Shown here in pieces: positions 10,100 through 20,000 of a stretch of 20,000 nt of DNA. Within the stretch, counting starts at the first letter, position 1; every line of letters starts with the position of its first letter. The position numbers and the translations under genes were made by a program. The notes below the pieces were generated by a model that was not told the DNA's origin, did no database searches, and saw only the letters and a list, made by a program, of their open reading frames with translations. This DNA comes from Mesotaenium endlicherianum (Eukaryota): positions 228,145 through 248,144 of the forward strand of contig WELA01000937.1 in assembly GCA_009602735.1 (NCBI GenBank), in the 5' to 3' direction.

Positions 10100-11292
10100 C
10101 TAGGGGTCACGTTTCGGCATTTTAGGTTCTGTATCTAGGGTGCAAAATTCATGGGCTGTCATTTAGGGTTGGCATTCTTTAATAGGCTCCAAGCAACAGG
10201 GGCGGGAGGAGGGTCCAGGGGGGCGAGCGTTGAGAATGAAAAAGGGACTTCCAGCTGAGCACAGAGGCAGTGCCGCCCGGCTTGGGCCTTCGGCACTGGA
10301 GTGGAAGCAGGGACTTGGGCTTCTGGGTCTTAGAATCTAGGGTTTACATTTTTTGGGGGCAGGGTTCTGGGGGTTCCGGAATTCATAGGGTTTGGAGTTA
10401 TAGCGGGGTCGACATGTTGCACAAGCGGAGTGCAGCGCGTACAGCACACGTTTCTTGTCGGCAGGGTTCTAGGGTTGAGATTTTGGCGCTGAGGATTTTG
10501 GGATCGAGGAAGAAGATCCGAATCCAAATCATGCAGCGACGCGCGGAGTGCACGTTGGCGTCGGCAGGGTTCTAAGACTTCAGGGTTTTGGGGCTGAGGG
10601 AGAGGCTGGACCAGGGCTGGCAGGCGTGTAACGCGCGTCGGCAGCATCGGCAGGTTGTGAGCCTTTCGGGGCCTTTGGGAGGCAAATGGAAAACGTTGTT
10701 GTCGGCAGTTTTCAGGATTTGGAAGGCAAATTATTTCGAGGTTTTGGGATCTTAGGGGTCGAGCAAGAGCCAGGAGCAGCCTGGCAGGCGGACGACGCGC
10801 GGTGGTGCCGGTAGGGTTTGGGGCTTTTGAGAATCTCAGCTCTCGTAAGTCAGGATTTTTTGGTTCTCAGGATTTTAGGGCCGAGGGGGAGGTTGGAACA
10901 GCCTGGCAGGCGTGTCGCGCGCGCGTGGGTGTCGGCAGAGGTCTACTAGGGCTTGAGGCAGGGTTTAAGGCAGGGGGGAAGGAGGAAGAGCACGAGCCAG
11001 CCTGGCAGGCGCGTGGCGCGCACATTGGCATCGGGCAGAGCTTAAGCCTTTTAAAATCCCAAGTTTCGGGGCTTCAGGTTTGCGGGGTTTAAGGGTTCTA
11101 GGAATCCTAGGGTTTCCAGGGTTTAGGGCCGATGGAGAGAGGCAGCGGGCGCACGATGCACGTTGGTGCCAGCAGAGTTTGAGCCCTTGAGAGCTCAAGT
11201 GTTAGGGTTTGGGAGGGTTGGGGGTTTAGAGAGGCGGGCGGGCCAGCGGGCGGGGGGGCAGGCGGACAGGTGTCACGCACGTTGGTGTCGGC
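10100..11292. repeat. Degenerate 100-140 bp satellite in intron 3 with telomere-like TAGGGTT/CAGGGTT motifs
   Basis: GCACGTTGGTGTCGGC-like cores at 10446, 10550, 10691, 10797, 10921, 11020, 11158 and 11277. CAGCCTGGCAGGCG near 10777, 10899 and 10998. Numerous AGGGTT motifs lie between the cores. Confidence 0.8.
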
Positions 11293-11468
11293 GAGCTCTA
11301 GGTTGTAGAAGTCCATAAGGGGATCCGCAAACATGGGGCCCGCGTGCCAGGTGGCGGCGTGCAGCTTCAGGAAGGCGGGGCCGTCAATCCGAAACACCGC
11401 CACGTCCTCCGGCCTGGGCGGCACGTACGCGTGCCCCGCTCTTGACACCTGTCGCCCCGGCTGGGCGG
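11281..11468 (-). CDS. Ureidoglycolate lyase/hydrolase-like protein, exon 3
   Basis: Polypyrimidine tract and CCGCAG|CC at 11469/11468 (phase 1). Encodes GHAYVPPRPEDVAVFRIDGPAFLKLHAATWHAGPMFADPLMDFYNLELADTN with the TWHAGP and DFYNLEL motifs. Donor AAC|GTGCGT at 11281/11280 is phase 0. Confidence 0.92.
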
Positions 11469-11835
11469 CTGCGGAGGAGCGCGCGGAGAAGCGGGGAACG
11501 GGGAGGGAGAAAAGCTTGCGAGTGCTTTGAGACACAATCTTGCCAGGTGTCCGTCTCACGGAGAGCTGAGGTTAGGGGAGGCCTAGGGGGTGGATTGCCA
11601 CAATTGCCAAAGACAGCGATTTCTTTACATGTGTGTGTATTACGTATAAAATGGAAAGATACACTTTTTGTACAAGTGTATATACGCGTCTATATATATG
11701 AAAGGAAAAATTGAGGAGAAGTATCGAGAAGACATGAGAAGGAAAGGGGGAGGACGGGGCACACAGCTACAAAGACAACTCCACGCGCACCTGCACTCTG
11801 CTTTAGGTGCTCGCAGAAAGACGAGCCAAGTGGAT

Positions 11836-12020
11836 AGACTCCTGAGGCATTCCCAGCACCTACCCCCACCTCCATTTAACGACACCGATTCTGACGCAGG
11901 CGCAAGTTGCGCACTAGTAAGAAATTACAGACTCCTGGAGGCCACCCCAACGCACCTACCTCTATTAACGACACCGATTGTGACACAGACGCGACACGTG
12001 CACTCATACGAATATACAGC
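11836..12020. repeat. Diverged tandem duplication of about 93 bp in intron 2
   Basis: AGACTCCTG(G)AGGC...GCACCTACC...TTAACGACACCGATT.TGAC.CAG...GCACT...TACAG occurs at 11836 and 11929. Confidence 0.85.
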
Positions 12021-12102
12021 TAGCCTCTTATATCTGGTCGGGGTGGCAGGGTGGGTCGCGCACGCTGGCGAGAAAGCGAGAGAGCGAGAAAGCCACACAG
12101 AC

Positions 12103-12248
12103 CCGAGGAGGCGGGGAGGATCGACGGCGCGGCCACGGCCAGGTACCAGGGGCGAGCGCCGACGGAGCCAAGGCACTGCGTGACGCTGGCGTGGTGCGTG
12201 ATGCAGTCGAATGCCAGGGGCTTCTCGCGCAGCCGCATGATGTAGAAC
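12103..12248 (-). CDS. Ureidoglycolate lyase/hydrolase-like protein, exon 2
   Basis: Acceptor GAGCAG|G at 12249/12248 (phase 2). Encodes RFYIMRLREKPLAFDCITHHASVTQCLGSVGARPWYLAVAAPS with the family motif ITHHAxVTQCLGS. Donor G|GTCTGT at 12103/12102 is phase 1. Confidence 0.9.
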
Positions 12249-12606
12249 CTGCTCCCCCGCGAACCGCAAACAAACCGTAAACCGCGAGCCGCGGACCGCG
12301 GATAGACGAGCGTGAGGGGGCAGCGCAAAGCACAACGCAGCGCAGCGGGCTTGGACGCCACCTGTCGCGCGGCTACGGGGTGCCGCGGAGAGGCGAGCGG
12401 GACGGGGGCGACGCAGCGCAGCGCAGCGCAACGCGCAACGCTAGGGCTTAGATGCTGCTTGTTGTCGCGCAGCCGCGGCGGGGTGAAGGTCCCGCTCCCC
12501 CGGAATCAGATGCGCGCGTGCGACGGCAGAAGCTCCGCAGTGTGTGGAAGGGGGGAGCTGTTGACCATTGACTGCAGGGGGGGCGGGACAGTAGAGCCTT
12601 CCTCCA

Positions 12607-12700
12607 GCAGAGCAGAAGCAGAAGCAGAAGCAGAAGCAGTGCCGAGTGGAGCAGAGCGGAGCAGAGCAGAAGCAGAGCAGAAGCGGAGCAGAAGCAGAGC
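12607..12700. repeat. (GCAGAA/GCAGA)n microsatellite in intron 1
   Basis: Direct reading: GCAGAAGCAGAAGCAGAAGCAGAAGCAG... and GCAGAGCAGAAGC. Confidence 0.85.
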
Positions 12701-12905
12701 GGGGGAAACGGAACGCCTGCAGCATTTGAGGAGGCTCGAGCAGCAGGCGCGGGATGGAGGGCGAGCTGCCACGCGAGAGGCGGGAGCCGAGGGGCAGCGC
12801 GAAGGCGAGCAGGATGGGGAGCAGGAAGAAGGGGAGTGGGTGTGAAGAGGCAACGCGAGGGCGTGGGTGGCGTCGCTGCGCCACGTGGCGTAAAATCTGG
12901 TAGCG

Positions 12906-13110
12906 GCGCGCGCGCGCGCGCGCATGTGTGTGTGCGTGCGCGCGCGCGTGTACTTAGTGTGTGCGTGTGTGCTTAGTCTGTGTCTGTGTGCGCTTCGCGT
13001 GTGCTTAGTGTGTATGTGTGAGTGCTTAGTGTGCTTAGTGTGTGTGTATGTGCGTGTGCTTAGTGTGCTTACTGTGCATGGCGTGCTTAGTGTGCGTGTG
13101 TCTAGTGTGA
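12906..13110. repeat. (GC)n plus (GT)n/GTGCTTAGT compound repeat in intron 1
   Basis: GCGCGCGCGCGCGCGC followed by TG-rich sequence with repeated GTGCTTAGTGT. Confidence 0.85.
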
Positions 13111-13458
13111 GATATGTGCGCAGCACGTGCATTGTCTCCCTAAGTTGCTACACAAATGGAAGAGCTGAGCACCCAACCAGGTCTCAGTTCGAAGCCACGG
13201 ACCAGCCCACAAAGAAGAAGCGAGATCCAGGACCTTTGCAAAGGCGCCCAAATTCAGAAGTCTACCCATAGGACTGAGGACATGTGTCAGTGATAAGTCT
13301 AGGCTGAAGCAGCCTCACTAAAAGAAAGATAAGAAGAAACCTGGTCACTGACCAGCAGCACGAGTCTACTGCTGCTTTGTAGCTGACTACTGGAAGTCAA
13401 CCAGTGGCCCTGGGGAAGTTAACTTTCAGGTCAAAAGTCAGCTGCATTTGACGCCTAC

Positions 13459-13925
13459 CTAGGTAAGCCCTGGCTGAGGTCCAGCTCAGCATCTTGAGGC
13501 CCGTACTCAACGCCATCCTCTGAGGGACCCACAATTTGACCGAATGGAGCAAATGCCTCCGCTGTAAGCTCCAAGGGCTTGATCCGCAGCGTCCTGACGG
13601 AATTCTCGACGTTATCTCCCGCGTCTACAGATGTCTCATGCGTTGTAGGTCCAGCAGATGACGACCTACAGAGAATCGTGCTGGACACTCTGCGCTTGAC
13701 ACTGTGGAATGGATGGCCGAGTGAGCATCCGACGCTGGCATTACGGCATGTCATTGCAAGTGGCCTGCTATCAGCACCTCTAGCTCTAGTACGAATTTGC
13801 TTTGACTTGTAGTGTACGGGCTGCTGTGGACCCACGATGATACCCGCCAATTCTTTTGTAAGCTTTATGCTACGAAGTGACGAGCACAATGAGGAGGACA
13901 TATCTACTGCTGCTAGTAAAGCCAT
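13459..13925 (-). CDS. Ureidoglycolate lyase/hydrolase-like (AllA family) protein, exon 1, including a transit-peptide-like extension
   Basis: First in-frame ATG is at 13925 (MALLAAVDMSSS...); the ORF-track start at 14000 is a TTG. The C-terminal part IKPLELTAEAFAPFGQIVGPSEDGVEYGPQDAELDLSQGLPR resembles the N-terminus of the plant ureidoglycolate-hydrolase-annotated family. Donor AG|GTAGGC at 13459/13458 is phase 2. Confidence 0.85.
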
Positions 13926-16220
13926 GTTGGGCGACAAGCACTTGACGGGATGTGCACCAGGAGCGGTATATAAGTAGCCTTCCTCACGATCCCACGTCAA
14001 AACATATAAAATACCAAGGTCGTAATCCCCACCTATAGGAAACGCCGGTCAACAGGATTGATGAGATGTTACTGCACGGTTGTCATCTCTTGTACCACGA
14101 AAGAAGTAACATACTAAGATCGCATGAAGGTGTCGAAGGCAACGATCCTCAACTCGACATGAGTGTTGGCTTCTGCGTAGTGCAGCTAAATGAAAATAGG
14201 TGCGAAATTAGTGCCGAATTAAAATGTTGCCCTGTTGTAGCCTATATGCGCAAGGGACCCAGTCGGAACCAGGTCGGAACTCATTAGAAACCGTGCAGGC
14301 AAGTGCGAATCAATAACCAGCTGGTGGTCATCCTCAGGTCTTGCCGTTGACTTCAATGAGTGCATATCCAACCACAGAGTTTGTTAATAATCAATCTCAG
14401 CTTCTTGCCGGAGTCTTGTAACCTAGCTGTGGCTGCTAGCTATCATTCTTATGCATGCCTGTGGCTACTATCATCACTTTGCCATTACCTCAATTGAAGG
14501 CTTCTTCCAAGTCTTTAAAATCTTAGCTTGCTCCCCCATAAACAAAAGATTGAAACATCCCAACTTTAAATATTTACCTCTACTTAGTACGGTAGGAGTA
14601 TGTGACCATGAGGAAAATCAGAAGTTCGATGAAAAGAATATGCTGACGGAGCTATTAGGCCACCAAAGAAGAAAGTGTAGCTTATCCATAACTAGGGCTT
14701 GCCAATTATTCTTACAATATAAAAACCTCACTATTATACACAAAACCTGCAAATTTGTGACCTCGGCAGTGAATGAACACAATAAGAGCAATTATAAACA
14801 TGTATTTGGCAAAACGCAAAGTAGAAAGCTCCTTTGAAATATGCTTGAACAATTGTTGATATAAAACAGAGTTATGAGCCTCTTGTTAGCCTTGGCATTT
14901 GAAACAACAAGCAGATATGTAATCCTCTGAACAACTTTATCTATTATTTATTCTCGTAGTCATAACGTGAGAATAGAGCGCCCATCCGAGGGCCGCGATC
15001 GGTCGCCTGCCGTCTGCAAGTGCACTTAGTAGTTGTTCTTTCATGCCTCTACAATATCTTACCCAATATAGGAATACAACATATAAGAAAAAACAATGTA
15101 GATAGTTACTTGCATAATATCAATCCACCAATGCTAATCAATATGGACACGTGTTGTTTGGCTTTATAGACGTTTGTAATCAACGTAATTGCGAGCTCGC
15201 TCCTTAATAGTGCGTAAGTTGTTCGAGGTACAATCTTCTATACAGTGCTGCAATACTATACACACATCATGGTACTACTTGACGAATTACAAGTTGCTCG
15301 AGTGGCTCAATTCACCGACCGAGCTGAAAACCATATGATAGATGCAAGGGCTGTTTGTAACTTATTCAAATTTCTAACTAGTATAGGGGTACAATGACAG
15401 AGAGAATTCCCAGAAAAGAAGAAGTCTCCTGTACACTTGGAGCCTATTTTCTGCTATAACTACCTTCACAAACTAAAAGCGCTTGTTGGACACATGGCCG
15501 TATACTCCAATCGAGTAAAGTGTTCAGCATGACAAATGTTTCTAAGCTTGAATCAGTCTCAATTAAATCGCTTACTCGATGACAGCTAGTCCTACTTAAT
15601 TGCCCAACTAAAATGGAGATGTACATGTGTCAAGGTCCAAATTATGGATGTTGCTTGTGCCCTTGGCCTACCAAGTTTGTACCCTGAGGCAAGTGCAACT
15701 GCTCTTAAAATTGAGTATTTACTAAAGTTGTCCACATCAATTTTTAACACATTTCCAGTGATTCGAATTGCTCAATATGTAACCTTTGTATGAAGTAATT
15801 AATATATATTTAGTATGTGCTGGAATTAATATCCAACACTGCCAACATAGACATTTTGTGCAATAAATATGAATAATGCTAACAGCCCCTTCTGACTCTA
15901 GCATGTCAATTGCCAAGGCCGTGCACGAGTAAGCTACGCTAGAGCCAGTATTACTCTGCATGCAACATGGGGGCAATGGACTACTCTAAGAAATAAAATC
16001 TCCTCTTTAGAGTTATACTCAAGGCATACTTTTGCTCACGTGTAGGTACTCCACCACCTCCACTCTATTCCTCGCTTGCATAAAGGAGCTGAAATTTACC
16101 CTCCATAACTTATTTAATGGATGTGCATATACATGGCTACAGTAATATGTACATTGTATACATGTCATTGCAAGACGCGCTGGTGGAGAAGCGTCTCCGG
16201 TGAAGCCAGTGTCAGACAAT

Positions 16221-16221
<1 letters not shown>

Positions 16222-16284
<63 letters not shown>
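16222..16284. repeat. (GAT)21 microsatellite in the presumed 3' UTR of the large minus-strand gene
   Basis: Perfect GAT run of 63 nt, about 57 nt past the stop at 16342. Confidence 0.97.
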
Positions 16285-16341
16285 CGACGAATGAATATAA
16301 TATATATTAATAATGAATCATGAATAGTAGACTTACGAATC

Positions 16342-18044
16342 TCAGTTGGCAAGCAGGCTGCTCTCCGCAATCTCGTCGGGGCAATTCCGGAGCAAAAACC
16401 TGCCCATCTGCGCCTTGGGCGTCTCAAGGGGAGACTGAAGGTATGCGTAGGGTTTGGGGGAGAGGCAGAATGAGCCGGGGCTCTGAGCATAGGGGCTGGG
16501 AGAGAAGCTACCCATAGGAGGCATGCCGTAGGGGATAGGCTGGTCAAGAGGGCTTTGACCAAGGAGGGGCTTAGGGCTTTGACCGAGCCGGCTCCTCCCA
16601 GGGCTCTTCATGGCCCCCCCCCTTGCCCTGAGGCCGCCGAAGAAGGAGCCGCCGCCACGTGGCGAGAATGCGGAGCCCCTGCTGTTGGGCGAGAACGACC
16701 CCCTCCTCGGCGAAGGGCTGTACAGGACCGGGCGGGGGGAAGCAGACAGGCTCCGAGTGGGAGAGGGGAAGGGGCAGGCGAGGGGCAGGGAGAGGTCAAA
16801 TATTCCCCTGGAGGGGAGGGGGGGGAAGTCAGCGAGCATGCTGTCGAACCAGAGTTGGTCGAGGCCCCCTCCCCCTGGGCTGAGGAGGAGGCTCTGCCCG
16901 GAAAAGTCTCGGAGCTGCCCATACCCTGCCCCGCCGGGGCTCAGGTCCTGCCCGAAAAAGTTTTGCCTGCCCGGGCTTGGCACCTGCCCAGGGGGCCGCC
17001 TCTGCTGGTCCAGCCCCCCCCCGCCAGGGCTCAGAATCTGCCCGAAGAGCTTCATCTCGGGCGAGCCGCAAAAAAAGTGCCTGCCCGGGCTCTGGGCGAA
17101 GGAGCTGTCCCAGGTGGCAGGCATCTGCGGGGGGTGCTGATGTGGCAGCTTCTGGGGCCCCGGCAGCTCCAGGCCCATGGGGCACCACCTCTGCGGCTTG
17201 CTTCTGATTGGCTGCTGCTTGCTCGCGGCTGCCTCTTCTGGGCCCACGTGCACTCCAGGTGTTGCCCTCTCACGTGTTGCGTCCAGCTGGACCTTGTCCA
17301 GGCGTGCCTCCCCGCCTGATTGTGCCATGTCACCCTTGCCAGGTGGCAGCAGCTCCTGCATCCCTGCCAGATCCCCCTGTTCCCCTCCTGTGCCTCCTCC
17401 TGCTCCTCCTGCTGCTGCTCCTGATGCTCCTCCTGCTGCTGCTGCTGCTGCTTCTCCTGCTGCTCCTGCTCCTGCTGCTACTGCTGCTCCTCCCCCTGCC
17501 ATTGCTGATGCTTCTCCCGGCCCTAGCAGCCCTTTGCTTGCTGGGCTTTCACTCGGCAGGTGCGCATCGTCAGCGGCCGTGGCTGCATCGGCCGAAGGAA
17601 TCCCCACTGCTGCCTCCTGCTCCTCCTGCTGCTCCTGCTCTCCCTCCTGCTTCCCACTCCTCTGCAGCTCAGCCTCCACCTCCTCCACATTCAGCAGGCT
17701 GAAAGTGATGCTCCTCTGCAGCGCCAGGGCGGCAACCACCGGTGGCGCCAGGCTGGCAAAGGACGGCGTCACGCCGCCCACAGCTTGTGCCTGCGTGCTG
17801 CCACCTCCACCGCACGCTTTACCCTGCTGCTGCTGGTGGTGCTGCTGCTGCCGCTTCTGCTGATGTGTCGGCGCCGCATGTCCCCTGCTCCGCACATCTG
17901 CGTGTGCATGCGCTCCGCTGACGACGCACGCGTCCATGTCACCATCGTCACCCTTTGCAGGTGCAGGTGCAGGTGCACCTTGGGGCGCAGGTGCATTTGT
18001 ATCCGGTCCATGAAGGTGCGGCCCCCCTCCTGCGTGCGGAGTAT

Positions 18045-18077
<33 letters not shown>

Positions 18078-19598
18078 GCCGCTGCTGGCACGCCGTCCCC
18101 TCCAGCTGCTGCTGCTGCTGAGCAGCTGCCGCACAGCCTGCTGCGGGCAGAACTGCGTTCACACTCGCATCTGGACCAGCGGCTAGAAGCGTCCTAGCAG
18201 CGCCGCCTCTCGCTGCCGCCCCTCGTCCGTCTCCTCCTCCTCCTCCTCCTGCTGCTGCTGCTGCTGCTGCTGCCGCCGCTGCCGCTGCCGCTGCTGCTGC
18301 CGCTGCCGCTGCTGCTGCCGCTGCTGCTGCTGCTGGTGGTGTTTTTTCTGCTTCTCGGCGTGCCTCTCCTGCACCAGGAGGTGGCGGTCGGGGTGGCGGA
18401 GGCGGTGGGGGTAGGGGCGCGGATAAAAGCCCAGATGCTTTCCCGCGAGAAGAGTGCGCCCCCCAGCAAATGGCAGGAGCTTGCTCCCCCCCTGTGCCGC
18501 TGCTCAAATCTGGCCCCCCTGCAGCCTCTTGCGCCTCTCCCCCTTCTCCTCCTCCTCCTCCTCCTAATGCCGCCTCTGCCGCTGCTGCCGTTGCTGCCGC
18601 TGCTGCCGCCGTGTCTTTCCAGCTAAGGCGTACATGAGGAGTGGTGGCCCAATCCGTCGCTGTCGATGTCGGATTGCTGACGCTGACAAGAGCACCAGAG
18701 CTGCCAGCTGTACCTCCCCCAGAAGGCGCCCCTGGGGCTTGGGCGCCGGGCGTGCCGATGCCAGTGCCACCTGGCGCTGAGGAGTGGCCCTCTTTGGTAT
18801 CGACAGCTGTCACATGTGGGGAGGGAAGTGGCGCTACACCGTTGCAGCTGATGGCGGCGACAGCGGCAAAGGCAGGGCGAGGAGGACAGGTGGCGCGAGC
18901 GCGGGGCGACGCGGCGTGTGCCGGCGGCCACGTGGCGGACTGGAAAACCGTCGCTGCTGCTGATGCTGCTGCCACCTGTGCAGGTGCCGATGGCGGTGCC
19001 GGTGCCGGCGCGTCTGCTGCTGCGGGCTCTTGAGCAAGTGCTGCTGCTGCTGCTGGCGCTCCTGCTACTGCTACTACTGGTGCTGCCTCCGCTGCCGGAG
19101 TGAACGCCGGTGCTGCAGCTGGCACAAGTGCTGGTGCTGCTGCTGCTGCTGCTGCTGCTGCTGTGCCTGCTGTAAATGATGCTGCTGCTGCTACTGCTGC
19201 TATGGGTGCGTCTGCGGCGCAGAATCTAGGCGGGGGGGGAGGGGCGGAAGCAGCATGGTACGGGGCAGGGCCAGGTGGCGCCAGGGGGGGGGCAGAGATG
19301 TGAGCGGTGTATGCGGCAAACGTGTCGGGAGAGTCCAGGCTGGCGCTGCTGAGGTGGTGGTGGACAACTGTCGCGTGAAGAGGGGGAGAGGGCTGGTGCT
19401 GACGTGGACTGTAGAGAGGGAGGCCGCCCGCCAGGTCGGCGAGGCAGGGGTGCGGGAGCTGGGTGGGGGAGAAAGGGTCGTGGGTGGGGTAGATTTGCGC
19501 AAAGGCCATGGGGCTGGAGAGGGGCCGAAACGCGCCGAAGGCGCGGGATTGTGGGGAGAGAGCAAAGGGGCTGAGCATCGAGCCGCATAGCGGGGTTT
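16342..19598 (-). CDS. Large terminal exon of an unknown low-complexity, Ser-Pro-rich protein (possible transcriptional regulator); 5' part probably outside the window
   Basis: Stop-free frame of more than 3.2 kb with poly-Ala, Gly and Gln tracts and many SP dipeptides. Candidate acceptor GTGAACAG|AA at 19599/19598 (phase 1) follows a (TG)n-rich intron-like tract, and an in-frame TGA lies just upstream at 19605. In-frame ATG at 19578. No recognisable folded domain. Confidence 0.65.
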
Positions 19599-19603
19599 CT
19601 GTT

Positions 19604-19795
19604 CACACACGCACACGCACGCGCGCACAGTCATAAACGCACACACGCACACACATGCACACGCGCACGGACACACACACGGACAAACACACATGCACGC
19701 ACATACGTGCACACGCACGCACGCGCACACGCGCGCGCACGCACACACACACACACACAGGCACACACACACACACACAGGCACACACACACATA

Positions 19796-19826
<31 letters not shown>
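19604..19826. repeat. (CA)n/(CG)n compound microsatellite, intronic
   Basis: Alternating purine-pyrimidine tract directly upstream (on the minus strand) of the 19599 acceptor. Confidence 0.93.
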
Positions 19827-20000
19827 GAACTCAAAGGGGCTTAGTATAGCACTAGGCAGAGAGGCTGCTGTCCACTCACACATCATGGAGGGGCTTAGTA
19901 TGGGTATAGAATTAGAGAGTGTTGCTGTTTGCATGCGCATGCGTGCGCTTGGAAAAACACACAGACACACACCCTCCTCCCCTCGCCCCCCCCCCGGCCC

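Noticed and set aside
10446..11292. CRISPR-like regularly spaced repeats
   Set aside because: The repeats are highly degenerate, the intervening segments resemble each other, the region is a spliceosomal intron, and no cas genes are present.
12312..13271. ORFs within intron 1 (177, 147, 208 and 115 aa)
   Set aside because: They are translations of microsatellites in GC-rich, stop-poor DNA.
14451..14837. 128-aa ORF with HPNFK, loosely like the hAT transposase LDPRFK motif
   Set aside because: No other transposase motifs or terminal repeats were seen; it lies in AT-rich intergenic sequence.
16555..19590. Multiple plus-strand ORFs antisense to the large exon
   Set aside because: They are shadow ORFs expected in GC-rich trinucleotide-repeat coding DNA.
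16342..19930. Assignment of the large protein to the VQ-motif or ARF families
   Set aside because: ILSP and LFGQ motifs are suggestive, but no FxxxVQxLTG, B3 or PB1 domain is visible in the window.

Overview
Eukaryotic nuclear DNA from the green lineage; the gene content, GT-AG introns and GC/microsatellite-rich introns suggest a streptophyte alga or early-diverging plant (inference). Reading splice sites by hand gives four genes. (1) CP12, + strand, 2 coding exons (1084-1275, 1707-1922), 135 aa. (2) A putative plastid multi-pass membrane protein with a C-terminal SAM domain, + strand (3982-5663, 6115-6461), about 675 aa; its apparent frameshift falls exactly on a single N at 5425. (3) A ureidoglycolate lyase/hydrolase-like (AllA-type) gene, - strand, 4 phase-compatible exons (13925-13459, 12248-12103, 11468-11281, 9514-9443), 290 aa, with a transit-peptide-like extension. 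(4) The roughly 3.26 kb terminal exon of a large Ser-Pro-rich, low-complexity protein carrying KLFGQ and LxLxL repressor-like motifs, - strand (19598-16342). There is an assembly gap at 6984-7559. The most unusual pattern is that decayed tandem copies of exon boundaries sit next to the real exons in three different genes; in one case they are interleaved with telomere-like TAGGGTT motifs. A 48-bp element with terminal inverted repeats lies at 3346-3393. No prokaryotic-type system (CRISPR, operon) is supported.
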